Source of the DNA: Thermovirgaceae bacterium
Lineage (GTDB): Bacteria; Synergistota; Synergistia; Synergistales; Thermovirgaceae
Assembly (NCBI GenBank): GCA_040767805.1
Contig: JAXGNU010000001.1
Span: 160,001-224,000 of the forward strand
Length of the DNA: 64,000 nucleotides
Direction: 5' to 3'
The translations under genes and the position numbers were made by a program. The notes beneath the pieces are model-generated. The model made no database searches. It was given only the letters and a program-made list of their open reading frames with translations, and was not told the DNA's origin. This document shows, in pieces, positions 9,574 through 22,803 of the stretch. The stretch's first letter is position 1. Each line of letters begins with the position of its first letter.

Positions 9574-9795
9574 TTATTGGTCCTCTTCGAACCTGAACAC
9601 TTCGATAGCCGCGTCGGGACAGGTCGTAGCGCACAATTTGCAGGCGATGCAACCTTCCTTGAACTGCTCCACGGGCCGGTAGCCCTTGCTGTTGATATGA
9701 TCCGAGATCCTCAAAACCTTGACCGGACAGGCTTCGACGCAAAGACCGCAGCTCTTGCAGTATTCCTCGAGCACACCGATACGCCCTTTCGCCAT
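9574..9795 (-). CDS. 2[4Fe-4S] ferredoxin, delta subunit of the oxidoreductase
   Basis: CKSCGLCVEACP and CIACKLCATTCP. Confidence 0.9.
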   Translation of the reverse strand: MAKGRIGVLEEYCKSCGLCVEACPVKVLRISDHINSKGYRPVEQFKEGCIACKLCATTCPDAAIEVFRFEEDQ

Positions 9796-9863
9796 TTACC
9801 CGCGCACCTTCTTCCTTCTTTTGATTTATTCGACAGGCCGGTTCACGGGACCGGCCCTATTCC

Positions 9864-10625
9864 CTAGGACCTGTCGTCGACCCTGGTCCACATGTAACCT
9901 TCCTCCCAGGGGAGCATCATGCGCCTGACCAGGGGCCAGAGCTCCAGGGGTGAGTCCTTTTGGAGAGCCCCTGTTTGTGAAACCAGCCGTGGCGAGACCG
10001 TCCCGTAAAGGACTTCGAGCCCCAGGGCTTTCCCGGCGTCGAAGACCCTGCGGTACCCCCAAAGGAGATCCTCGGCGGTGGTCTGGTCCATTAGGTGAGG
10101 GTTGGCGACGAGGGCGCCGACCTCCAGTTCCGATATCCCCTCGATGCCCTTCACCAGTTCAAGGACGCCCGCAGTATCCATGGTGCTCGGCCTGAAGGGA
10201 TTCACCACGAGCACCAGGAGATAGCCCGCTTCCCTCATCTGGTCCGAGAACTGCTTCAGGGCCCTCCCGCCGGCGGCGTCGCCCCCCACGTCGACGAGGA
10301 GCCTCCCCCCGGGGGACTTAACCGCCCAGGCCACCTCGGGCGCCATGACGGGCATATCGGACCACCGGGTGCTCTCCGGAGGGGTAAGGATACGGAAACC
10401 CTCCGCCCTGAGGCTGTCGGCCACCTGCCTGACGCAGAAATAGGGGTTTATGATATCCACGTCGGCCACGGTCACCTTTTCCCCGCAGTCGCGGAACCCC
10501 AGGGCCATGTTTAGCACCCACTCGGTCTTGCCCGAGCCCAGCGCCCCTGTGACGGCCAGGGCCTTCGGCCATTTCCTTTCGCAAAGAGAAGCGGGAAAGG
10601 CCCGCTCCCCCACGGGCGTTTTCAC
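9864..10625 (-). CDS. Uncharacterised P-loop NTPase (SIMIBI/MinD-CobQ-like)
   Basis: Walker A GALGSGKT, DVDIINPYF, DVGGD; GTG start overlaps the fmt stop (GTGA). Confidence 0.75.
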   Translation of the reverse strand: MKTPVGERAFPASLCERKWPKALAVTGALGSGKTEWVLNMALGFRDCGEKVTVADVDIINPYFCVRQVADSLRAEGFRILTPPESTRWSDMPVMAPEVAWAVKSPGGRLLVDVGGDAAGGRALKQFSDQMREAGYLLVLVVNPFRPSTMDTAGVLELVKGIEGISELEVGALVANPHLMDQTTAEDLLWGYRRVFDAGKALGLEVLYGTVSPRLVSQTGALQKDSPLELWPLVRRMMLPWEEGYMWTRVDDRS

Positions 10626-11557
10626 TTCAGCATGTCCCCCTTCTTGAGAGCCCGGCCCCGGGACCAACCGGCACCGTCGGTCCGTCTGCGGCCTTCGGCC
10701 TGCACCTCCATGAGTTCGACGGAACCCTCACCGCAGGCGACCAGGGGGACCCCGTCCATGAAGCCGATGACCTCCCCCGGAGAACCCTCCCCCGGCCGCA
10801 CCCGGGTCCGCCATAATTTTGTCCGTTTCCCCCGGAAATCGAAGTGAGAACCCGGGTAGGGGTTCAGGGACCTGACCAGGTCGTGAACCCCCCTGGAAGG
10901 CTTTTCCCACCGGATCCCGGTCTCCTGCCTCGTCACCCTTGGCGCGAAAGTGGCCTTCTCGTGCTGCTGCTCCCTGAAGGAGGCCTTTCCCTTTCGGAAT
11001 GAATCCAGGCCTTCGACGGCGAGGCGGCTGCCTTCCACGGCGAGGGCCTCGGCAAGGTCGCCGAAGGTCTCCTCTTCACCGATCTCCACCCTCGAGGCGA
11101 GGAGCACCGGGCCGGCGTCGACCTCGCCCACGAGCCTGAAGACGGTCACCCCGGTCTCCCTTTCGCCGTTCATTATCGCTCTCTGGATGGGCGCCGCGCC
11201 GCGGTAGGCGGGGAGCAGGGAGGGGTGTATGTTCAGGCATCCCGGTTCGGGCATCGAGAGGAAGGGCTCACCTATGATCTGTGAAAAATCGACGACGAAA
11301 AAGCAAAAGGGCTTCTCCTCCCGGAAGGAACCCAGGATGGCCTCGTCGCTGTTTATATCGCCCGTCCTGAAGACCGGTATGCCCAGTTCCTCGGCGGTCC
11401 CGTCGACGGGGGTCCCCCTCTCGGCGAGGCCCCTGCCGGCGGGTTTCGGCAGGGCGGTGACGACCCTGCTGAAGGTCAGTTCGTCGGCGAGCGCCGTCAG
11501 GCAACGGGCGGCGAACTTCCCAGAACCGGCGAACCAGAGGGGGCCCTCCCGGGTCAT
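10622..11557 (-). CDS. fmt: Methionyl-tRNA formyltransferase
   Basis: NIHPSLLPAYRGAAPIQRAI, VDAGP. Confidence 0.93.
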   Translation of the reverse strand: MTREGPLWFAGSGKFAARCLTALADELTFSRVVTALPKPAGRGLAERGTPVDGTAEELGIPVFRTGDINSDEAILGSFREEKPFCFFVVDFSQIIGEPFLSMPEPGCLNIHPSLLPAYRGAAPIQRAIMNGERETGVTVFRLVGEVDAGPVLLASRVEIGEEETFGDLAEALAVEGSRLAVEGLDSFRKGKASFREQQHEKATFAPRVTRQETGIRWEKPSRGVHDLVRSLNPYPGSHFDFRGKRTKLWRTRVRPGEGSPGEVIGFMDGVPLVACGEGSVELMEVQAEGRRRTDGAGWSRGRALKKGDMLK

Positions 11558-12042
11558 TTTTCCACCCTTTTTTGAAGTTTTTTCTTGAGGTACCGCCTCT
11601 TAAGCGGCGAGAGGCGGTCGAGGAACAGTTTGCCTTCCAGGTGGTCTATCTCGTGCATGAGCACCCTGGCCAGGAACCCCTCCTCCTCGAGCCTTATGGG
11701 TTCGCCGTGCTCGTCCCGGGCTTCGACGACGACCCGGGCCGGCCGCGTGACCTTTTCGAAAAACCCCGGCGCGCTCAGGCAGCCCTCTTCCAGCTCCTCT
11801 TCACCCTCCTGTTCTATCACGACGGGGTTGACCAGGACGATCCTCCTGTCCCTCCAACCGATGACGGCGACCCTCAGGCTGACGCCTATCTGCGGCGCCG
11901 CCAGGCCCACGCCGTCGTTCACCGCCATCGTCTCCCACATATCCCGCAGAAGGGACTGGAGTTCCTCCCCGAAGTCGGTCACGTCCTTGGCCTTTTCCAT
12001 CAACACCTGTTCGGGGTACTCCCGGATATCCCTGACAGGCAT
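11554..12042 (-). CDS. def: Peptide deformylase
   Basis: GVGLAAPQIG, EGCLS, HEIDHLEG. Confidence 0.95.
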   Translation of the reverse strand: MPVRDIREYPEQVLMEKAKDVTDFGEELQSLLRDMWETMAVNDGVGLAAPQIGVSLRVAVIGWRDRRIVLVNPVVIEQEGEEELEEGCLSAPGFFEKVTRPARVVVEARDEHGEPIRLEEEGFLARVLMHEIDHLEGKLFLDRLSPLKRRYLKKKLQKRVEK

Positions 12043-12112
12043 GGCGTCATCCCCTCGCCTTCCGGGCCTGAAAAAGCGGCCCTTCCAGGAAGGGCCGCCC
12101 GACTCGTCGATA

Positions 12113-13621
12113 CTATTCCTGCAATGACTCCTTGATGATGTCACCGATGGTAACGTTGGTCTCACCGTCGAGGAACTGGGAGGGGTCGTCGCGGTGGTCG
12201 CCCTTCTTCCTCCTCTTAGCCGGCTCCTTCACGCCCTGCGGCTCCGGTTCCTCGAGAGCGCTCATGCTGAGCCTTATCCTGCGCTCCCCCGTTTTGATCT
12301 CGATGATCCTGGCCTGGACCTCCTGTCCCTCGGAGACCACGTCGCCCGGTTTTTCAACCCGCTTGCGGCTGATCTGGGAGACATGGATCAACCCCTCTAT
12401 GCCGTCCTCCAGTTCCACGAAGGCACCGAAATCGGTGAGGCGGACCACCTTTACGGTGTAGGTCCCGTCAACCTGGTACTTATCCTCCAGGTCCTTCCAG
12501 GGGTCGTGGAGTTGCTTGTAGCCCAGGCTTATCCTCCTGTTTTCGCCGTCGACGGAGAGGATCTGGGTTTCCACCTTTTGGCCCTTCTTGAGGACCTCCC
12601 GGGGATGGCCGATCCTCTGCCAACTGATGTCGCCGATATGGACCAGCCCCTCGACCCCGGGTTCCAGTTCGACGAAAGCGCCGAAATCGGCAAGGTTGGT
12701 GATCCTGCCGGTGAGGACCTGCCCCTCCCCGTAGCGGGCGGCCACATCATCCCACGGGTCGGGCTGGGTCTGCTTTATGCTCAGGGACACCCGGGAGCTC
12801 TCGGGGTCGATCCCGATGATCCTGACGCTTACCCGGTCGCCCTTGTTTACGATCTCTTTGGGCTTGATGTTCCTCCCCCAGGCGAGTTCCGTGTTGTGAA
12901 CGAGGCCTTCCACGGGCCCCAGGTTGACGAAGGCGCCGAAGGAGGTTACGGAGGTCACCACGCCCTCCAGGGTCTGCCCAATCTCCGTCTTTTCGAAGAA
13001 AGCCTGCTTCTCCACCTGGAGTTCCTCCTCCAGGAGGGCCCTCCTGGAGAGGACGATCCTCCGCTTCCGCCGGTCCTTTTCAAGGACCTTGACGTTGAAG
13101 GTGTCGTCCACCAGTTTCGAGGGGTTTACCCCCCTGCCCTCCTCGGCGAGGTGCGAGACGGGGACGAAGCCCTCTATGCCGCAGCAATCGACGATGAGGC
13201 CGCCCTTGACCTTTCTCAGGCCCCTGACTTCCAGCACGTCGCCTTCGGCGAGGCTCGATTCCATGGCGTCCCACCGTTCGTCGAACTCGATCCTCCAACG
13301 GCTGACGACCAGTTGGGACTCCTCGCCCTGCTTCAGGGAGACCACCCGCACCCTGACGGGGTCGCCCACGGAAGGGGCCTCCTTGGCCTCCACCAGTGAC
13401 CGGTGACTCCATTCGTTCCTTGGGAGAAAACCCTCGCACTTGAAACCCACGTCCACGAGCCAGCCCTCGTCGTTGACGGCCACCACCGTACCCTCGACGG
13501 TCTTGCCGCGGTGAAAGGCGCCTACGCTGTACTTTTCAAGAAAGTTCTCCATCGATTCATGGTTTCCCTCGTTTGAGGGGACTGCAGCCTTTTCGTTGTT
13601 CGTTCCCGTATCTTCCGTCAT
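12113..13621 (-). CDS. rpsA: 30S ribosomal protein S1
   Basis: Repeated S1 domains (FGAFV..GVEGLVH); ATG overlaps the ispH stop. Confidence 0.9.
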   Translation of the reverse strand: MTEDTGTNNEKAAVPSNEGNHESMENFLEKYSVGAFHRGKTVEGTVVAVNDEGWLVDVGFKCEGFLPRNEWSHRSLVEAKEAPSVGDPVRVRVVSLKQGEESQLVVSRWRIEFDERWDAMESSLAEGDVLEVRGLRKVKGGLIVDCCGIEGFVPVSHLAEEGRGVNPSKLVDDTFNVKVLEKDRRKRRIVLSRRALLEEELQVEKQAFFEKTEIGQTLEGVVTSVTSFGAFVNLGPVEGLVHNTELAWGRNIKPKEIVNKGDRVSVRIIGIDPESSRVSLSIKQTQPDPWDDVAARYGEGQVLTGRITNLADFGAFVELEPGVEGLVHIGDISWQRIGHPREVLKKGQKVETQILSVDGENRRISLGYKQLHDPWKDLEDKYQVDGTYTVKVVRLTDFGAFVELEDGIEGLIHVSQISRKRVEKPGDVVSEGQEVQARIIEIKTGERRIRLSMSALEEPEPQGVKEPAKRRKKGDHRDDPSQFLDGETNVTIGDIIKESLQE

Positions 13622-14481
13622 TGCCAACCATCCTCCCCGGCGCTCCCGACAGACTCAAGTATCGTGGCGATTTTTTGGATCAGCCAGTCGGGCGTGCTCG
13701 CACCGGCTGCGATCCCGATCCTTTTCTTTCCCTTCAACCAACCCCTTTCGAGCCCGGCCTCGTCCTCGACCCAGAGGGCCGGGCACCCCGATGCGGCCGC
13801 TATCTGGAAGAGCCGCGCCGTGTTGGCGCTGTCCTTCCCGCCGATAACGATAATACCATCAACGGAACCGGCAAGTCGGGCCACCGATGCCTGCCTCGAG
13901 GAGGTGGCGTCGCAGATGGTATTGAAAACCCTCGTCTCCCCCGCCGCGGCGGACACCCGCGTGACCAGGTCCGCCAGGACCTCCTTGCGCTGGGTGGTCT
14001 GGGAGACGATGCCGACCTTCTCCAGACCGTCGAAGGACAGCCCCGCGACGGACGCGGGGTCCACCACGATGACGGGTCCCCCCGACGAACGCCTTATGGC
14101 CCTCACCTCGGGGTGATCCTCGTCGCCGAGCACCATGACGGTGTAGCCTTCCCGGGCGAGCAGGGCGGCCTTCTCCTTCGCCCTGCTGACAAAGGGGCAG
14201 GTACCGTCCAGGACCCGTGCCTCCCTGGCCCGCAGCTCTCCCATGACCTGGTCGGGTATGCCGTGGGCCCGGACGAACACGGTTCCTCCCGGCGGCATCT
14301 CGGAAGGGGTTTCGATGATCTCCAGGCCTTTTGAAAGGAGTCTTTCCACTTCCTGGGGGTTATGGATCGGGCTTCCCAGGGCGTAAACCTTGCCGTTCTC
14401 TTCCAGGGACTTCTCCAGGGCGGTTATGGCCCTTCTCACCCCGAAGCAGAAACCCTTCGGTTCGGCGAAGATCAGTTCCAC
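13618..14481 (-). CDS. ispH: 4-hydroxy-3-methylbut-2-enyl diphosphate reductase
   Basis: GFCFGV, IHN, RAHG, DGTCPFV, NTICDAT, SANT, AGASTP. Confidence 0.95.
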   Translation of the reverse strand: MELIFAEPKGFCFGVRRAITALEKSLEENGKVYALGSPIHNPQEVERLLSKGLEIIETPSEMPPGGTVFVRAHGIPDQVMGELRAREARVLDGTCPFVSRAKEKAALLAREGYTVMVLGDEDHPEVRAIRRSSGGPVIVVDPASVAGLSFDGLEKVGIVSQTTQRKEVLADLVTRVSAAAGETRVFNTICDATSSRQASVARLAGSVDGIIVIGGKDSANTARLFQIAAASGCPALWVEDEAGLERGWLKGKKRIGIAAGASTPDWLIQKIATILESVGSAGEDGWQ

Positions 14482-15434
14482 CCCGGTCGTTCCCCCTGTC
14501 GTGCTTCCCAAAGACCCACCACTTTCCTGGCAATTTCAGGGATCGATCCGACGGTGACATAATACCACAGGCACGGGGTAAACCTCCTGAACCAGGTCAT
14601 CTGCCTCCGGGCGAAGGCCTTGGTGGCCCTGATGTCCCCCTCGGCCGCCTCGGTCAGGGTCATTTCGCCCCGATGGAAAGCCGCCAGTTCCCTGTACCCG
14701 AAGCCCTTCATGGAGGGCAGTTCGGGCCCGAAACCCATTGAAAGGAGGCGGGCCACCTCCTCGGGGTAGCCGGCGTCGAACTGCCCCCGCACCCTCTCCT
14801 CGATCTTCCGGTAAAGGGCCTCCCTGCCGGGGTAAAGGCCTATGTACAGCGGCCTGAAGGGTTTCCGGCCCCCCGACGCCCCCTTCTTCAGGCCCGTGAG
14901 GTTTTTTCCCGTCCCGTCGATGATCGAAAGGGCCCTTATGATCCTGAACCGGTCGTTGGGGTGGATCCTGGAGGCGTACTCGGGGTCCAGGTCCGCCAGC
15001 CTCCAGAAGAGCTCTTGGGACCCTCCCCGGTCCCATTCCTTCTCCAACTCGCCCCTCCTGTCGTCCCATCGCTCGAGGCCCTCGTGGATGACGTCGGCGA
15101 AGAAGGCCTTGAAGTAAAAGGGCGAACCACCCGCGAGGATGGGCGTCCTCCCCCTGGCCAGGATCTCACCCACGGCCCCCGCCGCGCCGGCGGCGAAGTC
15201 CGCCGCGGAGAAGGTCTCATCGGGGTCCGCCACGTCGATGAGGTGATGGGGGATCTCCCTCCTGGCATCGGGGGAGGCCTTGTCGGTCCCGACATCCATG
15301 AAGCGGTAGACCTGGCGGGAGTCCACGGAGATGATCTCGCCGTCGAGCCTTCGGGCCAGTTCGAGGGAGAGCCGGGTCTTTCCAGAAGCGGTGGGGCCGA
15401 TGATGGAGAGCAGTTCCCGGGGGGAGGCGGTCAT
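14472..15434 (-). CDS. miaA: tRNA dimethylallyltransferase
   Basis: GPTASGKT, SVDSRQVY, FARRQMTWF. Confidence 0.95.
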   Translation of the reverse strand: MTASPRELLSIIGPTASGKTRLSLELARRLDGEIISVDSRQVYRFMDVGTDKASPDARREIPHHLIDVADPDETFSAADFAAGAAGAVGEILARGRTPILAGGSPFYFKAFFADVIHEGLERWDDRRGELEKEWDRGGSQELFWRLADLDPEYASRIHPNDRFRIIRALSIIDGTGKNLTGLKKGASGGRKPFRPLYIGLYPGREALYRKIEERVRGQFDAGYPEEVARLLSMGFGPELPSMKGFGYRELAAFHRGEMTLTEAAEGDIRATKAFARRQMTWFRRFTPCLWYYVTVGSIPEIARKVVGLWEARQGERPGWN

Positions 15435-17127
15435 TTCCCGCTCCTGGCGAAGAGCTTCGCCAGGTCCCTTCCCAGCAGCCTGACAAAGGTAGGCCTGCCG
15501 TGGGGACAGAGGGCCGGCTCCTCGCAGCGGAAGAGGTCTTCCAGCAGCGCCTCGGCCTCCTCGGGTGCCAGGGTGTCGGTTATCTTGACCGCCGCCCTGC
15601 AGGAGTCCCCGGGTATGCCGCTCCGGGTGAACTCCGGCGGCAGGCCGTCCTCGATGGCGGCCACGGCTGCCCTGAGCATGTCCATCGGGTCTCCCCCGCT
15701 CCCGTGGGGACGATCGCCGGGGACGGACTCGAGAACCATGGCCCCCGGCCCCGTTTTGAACCTGAAACCCAGGCTCTCCAGTTCGCCCTTGACCTCCTCC
15801 GCCCGGCGCGACAGGGAGGGAGGGAGTTGGACCTGCAGGGGGACGGCCTGGGGGAGAGAGGCGCGGCCCTCCGAGGAGAGTTTCTCGAAGAGGATCCTCT
15901 CATGGGCGGCGTGGGGGTCCATTATCAGGAGCCCGTCGGTCTCCTCGAAGAGAAGGTAACCCGAGCCGAGTCGGGTTATGAACCGGCCTTTCTTCACCCC
16001 TGGGGCAGGGCCCCCCTCGGCGGGGACCGAAAGGGGCGGTTCCCCCACCCTGGCGAAAAAGTCCACTTCCCCCTGCCGAGGTCGGTAAGGGCTTCCGCCT
16101 TCCCCCGCGGGGGCCCACTTCACCGGGCCCTTCGCGGTGAAGGCCCGCAGGCTCTCGGCGGGAAGGCTCCCCCCCTCCACGAGGGCGAGGACGGACCTCC
16201 TCACCGTGTCGTACACGGCCAGGGAGGAATGGCAACGCACCTCGGCCTTGCCGGGGTGCACGTTCACGTCGAGCAGCACGGCGGGGACGGTGATGAAAAA
16301 CATCCAGTTCCCCGAGGCCGCCTCACCGCAGGAGGACAGGGCCGCCGAAACGGCGGCGTCCCGCACCCGCCGACCGTTGAAGAAGATGATCGATTCCCTT
16401 CTCCGCGACCCCGGCGCCGGCAGCCAGAAGGTCTCCAGGGACAGGGGCCCGGACTCGACGGTGAGCTTCTTCGGCGCTTCACTCGTCCCCCATACCTTCG
16501 CCAGCGCTCCGGCCCTGTCCTGATCTCCCCCGGCGCTGGAAAAGACCTCCTTTTCCTCGCAGAGCACCCTGAAGGCCACCCCGGGAAAGGCCGCCGAGTA
16601 TTCTTTCACCACGTTGACGGCCCTCCTCGTCTCGGTGGCCGCGCTTTTCAGGAAATGCCTCCTGGCGGGGAGGTTGAAAAAAAGGTCTTCCGCCTGGACA
16701 CGGGTGCCCCGGCGGCATGGGAGGGAGGCGTGAAGGCCGACGACCCCCCCTTCGGCCCGCAGTACTCCCCCCTCCTCCCCCGCGGGGCGGCTCCTGATCT
16801 CGAACCGGCTCACGGCGCAGACGCTCGCCAGGGCCTCACCCCTGAAGCCGAAGGAGCCTATGCCCGAGAGGTCCCCGGCCTCGCTTATCTTGCTGGTGGC
16901 GAACCTCTCCACCGCCAGGGGAAGTTCAGCGAAGGGGATACCCTGGCCGTCGTCCTCGACGAAGACCAGGGACCGGCCCCCGTCCCTGAGGCCGACGGTG
17001 ATCCTGGCGGCCCCCGCGTCGAGGGAGTTCTCTATCAGTTCCTTCACCGCCGAGGCCGGGTTCTCTATCACCTCGCCCGCGGCGATACGCTGTGAAACAT
17101 CGGGGGGCAACCGCCTGATGGGCCTCA

Positions 17128-17131
<4 letters not shown>
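15431..17131 (-). CDS. mutL: DNA mismatch repair protein MutL
   Basis: IAAGEVIE, KELIENSLDA, GFRGEAL, DVNVHP, DPHAAHER, CPHGRP. Confidence 0.93.
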
Positions 17132-19703
<2,572 letters not shown>

Positions 19704-19707
<4 letters not shown>

Positions 19708-20123
19708 GGTCTCCGACTCTCCAGGTAGGATTGCAGGATCAGCGAGGCGGCCACCTTGTCAATGACGCCCCTCCTCCTGCGCCTCGAAAGGTCCCCTTCC
19801 AGGAGGGCCCTCTCCGCCTGGGCCGTGGAGAACCTCTCATCCCAGGGGACGACCTCGACGCTCTCGTCGCCTATCGCCTCCCGGAGCCTCTCGATGATCC
19901 CCAGGACGCGCTCCGCCTCGGGTCCCCTCGAGCCGTCGGTGTTGACGGGGACGCCCACGACGACGGCCCCGACCCCCCGCTCCCTCACCATATCTTTCAC
20001 CAGGGAGATCCAGTCCTTCCCGGCGTCGAGCACATCGATCCCCTGGGCGAAAGCTCCCAGGGGATCGCTTAGGGCCACGCCGATCCTCACCCTGCCGATA
20101 TCGAGGCCCAGGGTCCTTTTCAA
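19704..20123 (-). CDS. yqgF: YqgF/RuvX RNase H-like nuclease
   Basis: LGLDIG..RIGVA.SD, WDERFST, IDKVAA..ILQSYL. Confidence 0.92.
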
Positions 20124-22768
20124 ACCCCTTCCCCCGTCATGTCGAGCACCAATCGGCGGACGCCCTCGAGCGCCGCGGGCAGGCCGCCCACGTCCCTGAA
20201 CCCTGCCTGGGCCATGTCGGCCCTGCCGCCGCCCCCGCCGCCCAGGGAGGCCGCGATCCTCCTCACCAGGATGCCGCAGTCGACCCCCAGGGCCACGGCC
20301 TTTTTATCGGCCATGGCCACCAGGTTGCCCCGGTCTCCTTCCCCCGTCGCGAGGACGACCACCACCGGCGACAGCCTCTGCCTGACCCTGTCCCCCACTT
20401 CCCTCAAGGCCTCGGGGCCGGAACCCTCCAGGACGCCCGTCACGACGGAGACGCCCCCCGCTTCCTCGCGGCCGCGGAGGAGTTCCTCGACCCGGGCAAG
20501 GGCCTGGCGGCTCTTCTGCCTCTCCAGTTGGCCCGATAGGAGGCGGTTCTCCCGGATCACCTCCTCGGCCCTCTTCTCCAGTTCCTCGGCGGGGACGGAA
20601 AAGAGCCTCTCCAGGGCCTCGACCTTCCCTGAAAGCCCCTGGTAGTGCAGGAAAGCGGGGAGGCCCGCCAGGGCGGTGATCCTCCTCACCCCGGAACCGA
20701 TGCCCTCCTCGCGGATGATCTTGAAGGAGCCTATGTCACCGGTGGCGTCCACGTGGGTGCCGCCGCAGAGCTCGGCGCTGAAGCCGGGGACGCGGACCAC
20801 CCTCACCTCGGAGCCGTACTTTTCGTTGAAGAGCGCCTTGGCGCCGAGCCTCTTCGCGCTCTCCATGTCCGTCAATATCACCTCGAGGGGCGTGTTGAGG
20901 AGGATCTGGCGGTTCACCATCACCTCCACCCGGTTGATCTCCTCCCCGGAGAGGGGCTTCATGTGGGTGAAGTCGAAACGGAGCATCTCCTCGTTCACAA
21001 GGGAGCCGGCCTGGGTGACATGACGCCCCAGGACCCTCGTCAGGGCCTCGTGGAGGAGGTGGGTGGCGGTGTGGTGGGCCCTGATGGCGCTCCGCCTCGG
21101 GCCGTCCACCTCGGCGACGACGGGCAGGCCGACGGCGGCCTCGCCCCTGGTGACGACGACCCTGTGGGCCACCAGGTCGCCGGAGGTCTTGATGGTATCG
21201 GTGACCTCGGCCAGGAAGGACTCCCCGCTGATGGTGCCCCTGTCGCCGACCTGGCCGCCCCCCTCACCGTAGAAGGGAGTCTCCCCCAGGACCAGGAGGG
21301 TCTCGGAGCCCTCGGGGGCCGATGCCACCCTCCTGTCATCGACGATGACGGCGGTGATCGTGGTGTTGGCCCTCTCGGAGACGTAGCCGCAGAAGGTCGT
21401 GGCCCCCTGCTCCTCGCTGATCTCGTCGAAAAGGCTCTTGCCGGCGCCTCGGGACGCAGCCTTGGCCCCGGCCCTCGCCCTCTCCCTCTGCTTTTCCATC
21501 TCCTCCTCGAAGCCTTCACGGTCCACCGAGACGCCCTTCTCCTGGCAGACCTCCTCGGTCAGTTCGTAGGGGAAGCCGAAGGTGTCGTAGAGTTCAAAGG
21601 CCACGCTCCCGGGGAGGGTATCCCCCCTGCCCGGGGCCAGGGAACCTATCTCAGACTCGAGGAGGCGGAGGCCCATCTCCAGGGTCTTCCCGAACCGCTC
21701 CTCCTCCAGTTCCACCACCTGGCCTATGAGGGGCCGCTGTTCTATGAGCTCCCCGTAGGGATCGCCCATCACGTCGAGCAGCGCGGGGTAGAGCTCCATC
21801 AGGAAGGGCCTGTCAACCCCGAAGAGCCTCCCGAAGCGCACGGCCCTCCTCAATATCCGCCTGAGGACGTAGCCCCGCCCCTCGTTCGACGGGAGGACCC
21901 CGTCGGCTATCATGAAGGCCGTGGCCCTGAAGTGGTCCGCGATGACCCTGGCGGCCCTGTCGCCCGACGGGCCGTCGCCGTATCGGGTGCCGCAGATCTC
22001 GCAGGACTTGTCTATCAGCGGCTTGAAGAGGTCCGTCCGGAAGTCACCCTCCACCTGCTGGACCACCGACGACAGGCGCTCCAGGCCCATACCGGTGTCG
22101 ATGTTCTGCTTGGGCAGCGGCTCCAGTGTCCCGTCCTCCAACCGGTTGTACTGCATGAAGACGAGGTTCCACACCTCCAGGTAGCGGTCGCACTCGCAGC
22201 CCACGCCGCAGTCGGGCCTCCCGCAGGAGAAGGAGGGCCCCTGGTCGTAGATCAGTTCGGAGCAGGGGCCGCAGGGGCCCACGGGTCCCACGGACCAGAA
22301 GTTGTCCTCCTCGCCCATCCGGTAGATCCGATCCTGGGGGACGCCTATCTCGCCGTTCCAGATGGAGAAGGCCTCCTCGTCGTCCTTGTAGATGGTCGGG
22401 TAGAGCCTGTCAGGGTCCAGTCCCGCCTCCACGGTGAGGAACTCCCAGGCGAAGGCGGCGGCGCCGCTCTTGAAGTAATCGCCGAAGCTGAAGTTGCCCA
22501 GCATCTCGAAAAGGGTGTGGTGCCTCGCCGTCCTGCCCACGTTCTCTATGTCGTTGGTCCTGACGCACTTCTGGGAGGTGGTCGCCCTTTTGAAGGAGGG
22601 CTCCCGCTTGCCCAGGAAGTAGGGCTTGAAGGGGACCATCCCGGCTATGGTGAAGAGCAGCGTCGGGTCATCGGGCACCAGCGAAAAGCTGGGAAACCTC
22701 CTGTGGCCGTTCCTCTCGAAATAGGATAGAAACATTTCCCTCAGTTCCTTACCGCTTCTCCATCGCAT
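20120..22768 (-). CDS. alaS: Alanine--tRNA ligase
   Basis: FTIAGMVPFK, RHHTLFEMLGNFSFG, HHTATHLLH, ELCGGTHV, GGGGGR. Confidence 0.96.
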   Translation of the reverse strand: MRWRSGKELREMFLSYFERNGHRRFPSFSLVPDDPTLLFTIAGMVPFKPYFLGKREPSFKRATTSQKCVRTNDIENVGRTARHHTLFEMLGNFSFGDYFKSGAAAFAWEFLTVEAGLDPDRLYPTIYKDDEEAFSIWNGEIGVPQDRIYRMGEEDNFWSVGPVGPCGPCSELIYDQGPSFSCGRPDCGVGCECDRYLEVWNLVFMQYNRLEDGTLEPLPKQNIDTGMGLERLSSVVQQVEGDFRTDLFKPLIDKSCEICGTRYGDGPSGDRAARVIADHFRATAFMIADGVLPSNEGRGYVLRRILRRAVRFGRLFGVDRPFLMELYPALLDVMGDPYGELIEQRPLIGQVVELEEERFGKTLEMGLRLLESEIGSLAPGRGDTLPGSVAFELYDTFGFPYELTEEVCQEKGVSVDREGFEEEMEKQRERARAGAKAASRGAGKSLFDEISEEQGATTFCGYVSERANTTITAVIVDDRRVASAPEGSETLLVLGETPFYGEGGGQVGDRGTISGESFLAEVTDTIKTSGDLVAHRVVVTRGEAAVGLPVVAEVDGPRRSAIRAHHTATHLLHEALTRVLGRHVTQAGSLVNEEMLRFDFTHMKPLSGEEINRVEVMVNRQILLNTPLEVILTDMESAKRLGAKALFNEKYGSEVRVVRVPGFSAELCGGTHVDATGDIGSFKIIREEGIGSGVRRITALAGLPAFLHYQGLSGKVEALERLFSVPAEELEKRAEEVIRENRLLSGQLERQKSRQALARVEELLRGREEAGGVSVVTGVLEGSGPEALREVGDRVRQRLSPVVVVLATGEGDRGNLVAMADKKAVALGVDCGILVRRIAASLGGGGGGRADMAQAGFRDVGGLPAALEGVRRLVLDMTGEGV

Positions 22769-22803
22769 CTTCGGCGTACTCTCCCCCGTCTGCCGCGGCG
22801 AAC

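Noticed and set aside
12113..14481. IspH-S1 fusion as found in clostridia
   Set aside because: Separate ORFs in different frames with an ATGA overlap and an SD-like GGAGG upstream of rpsA
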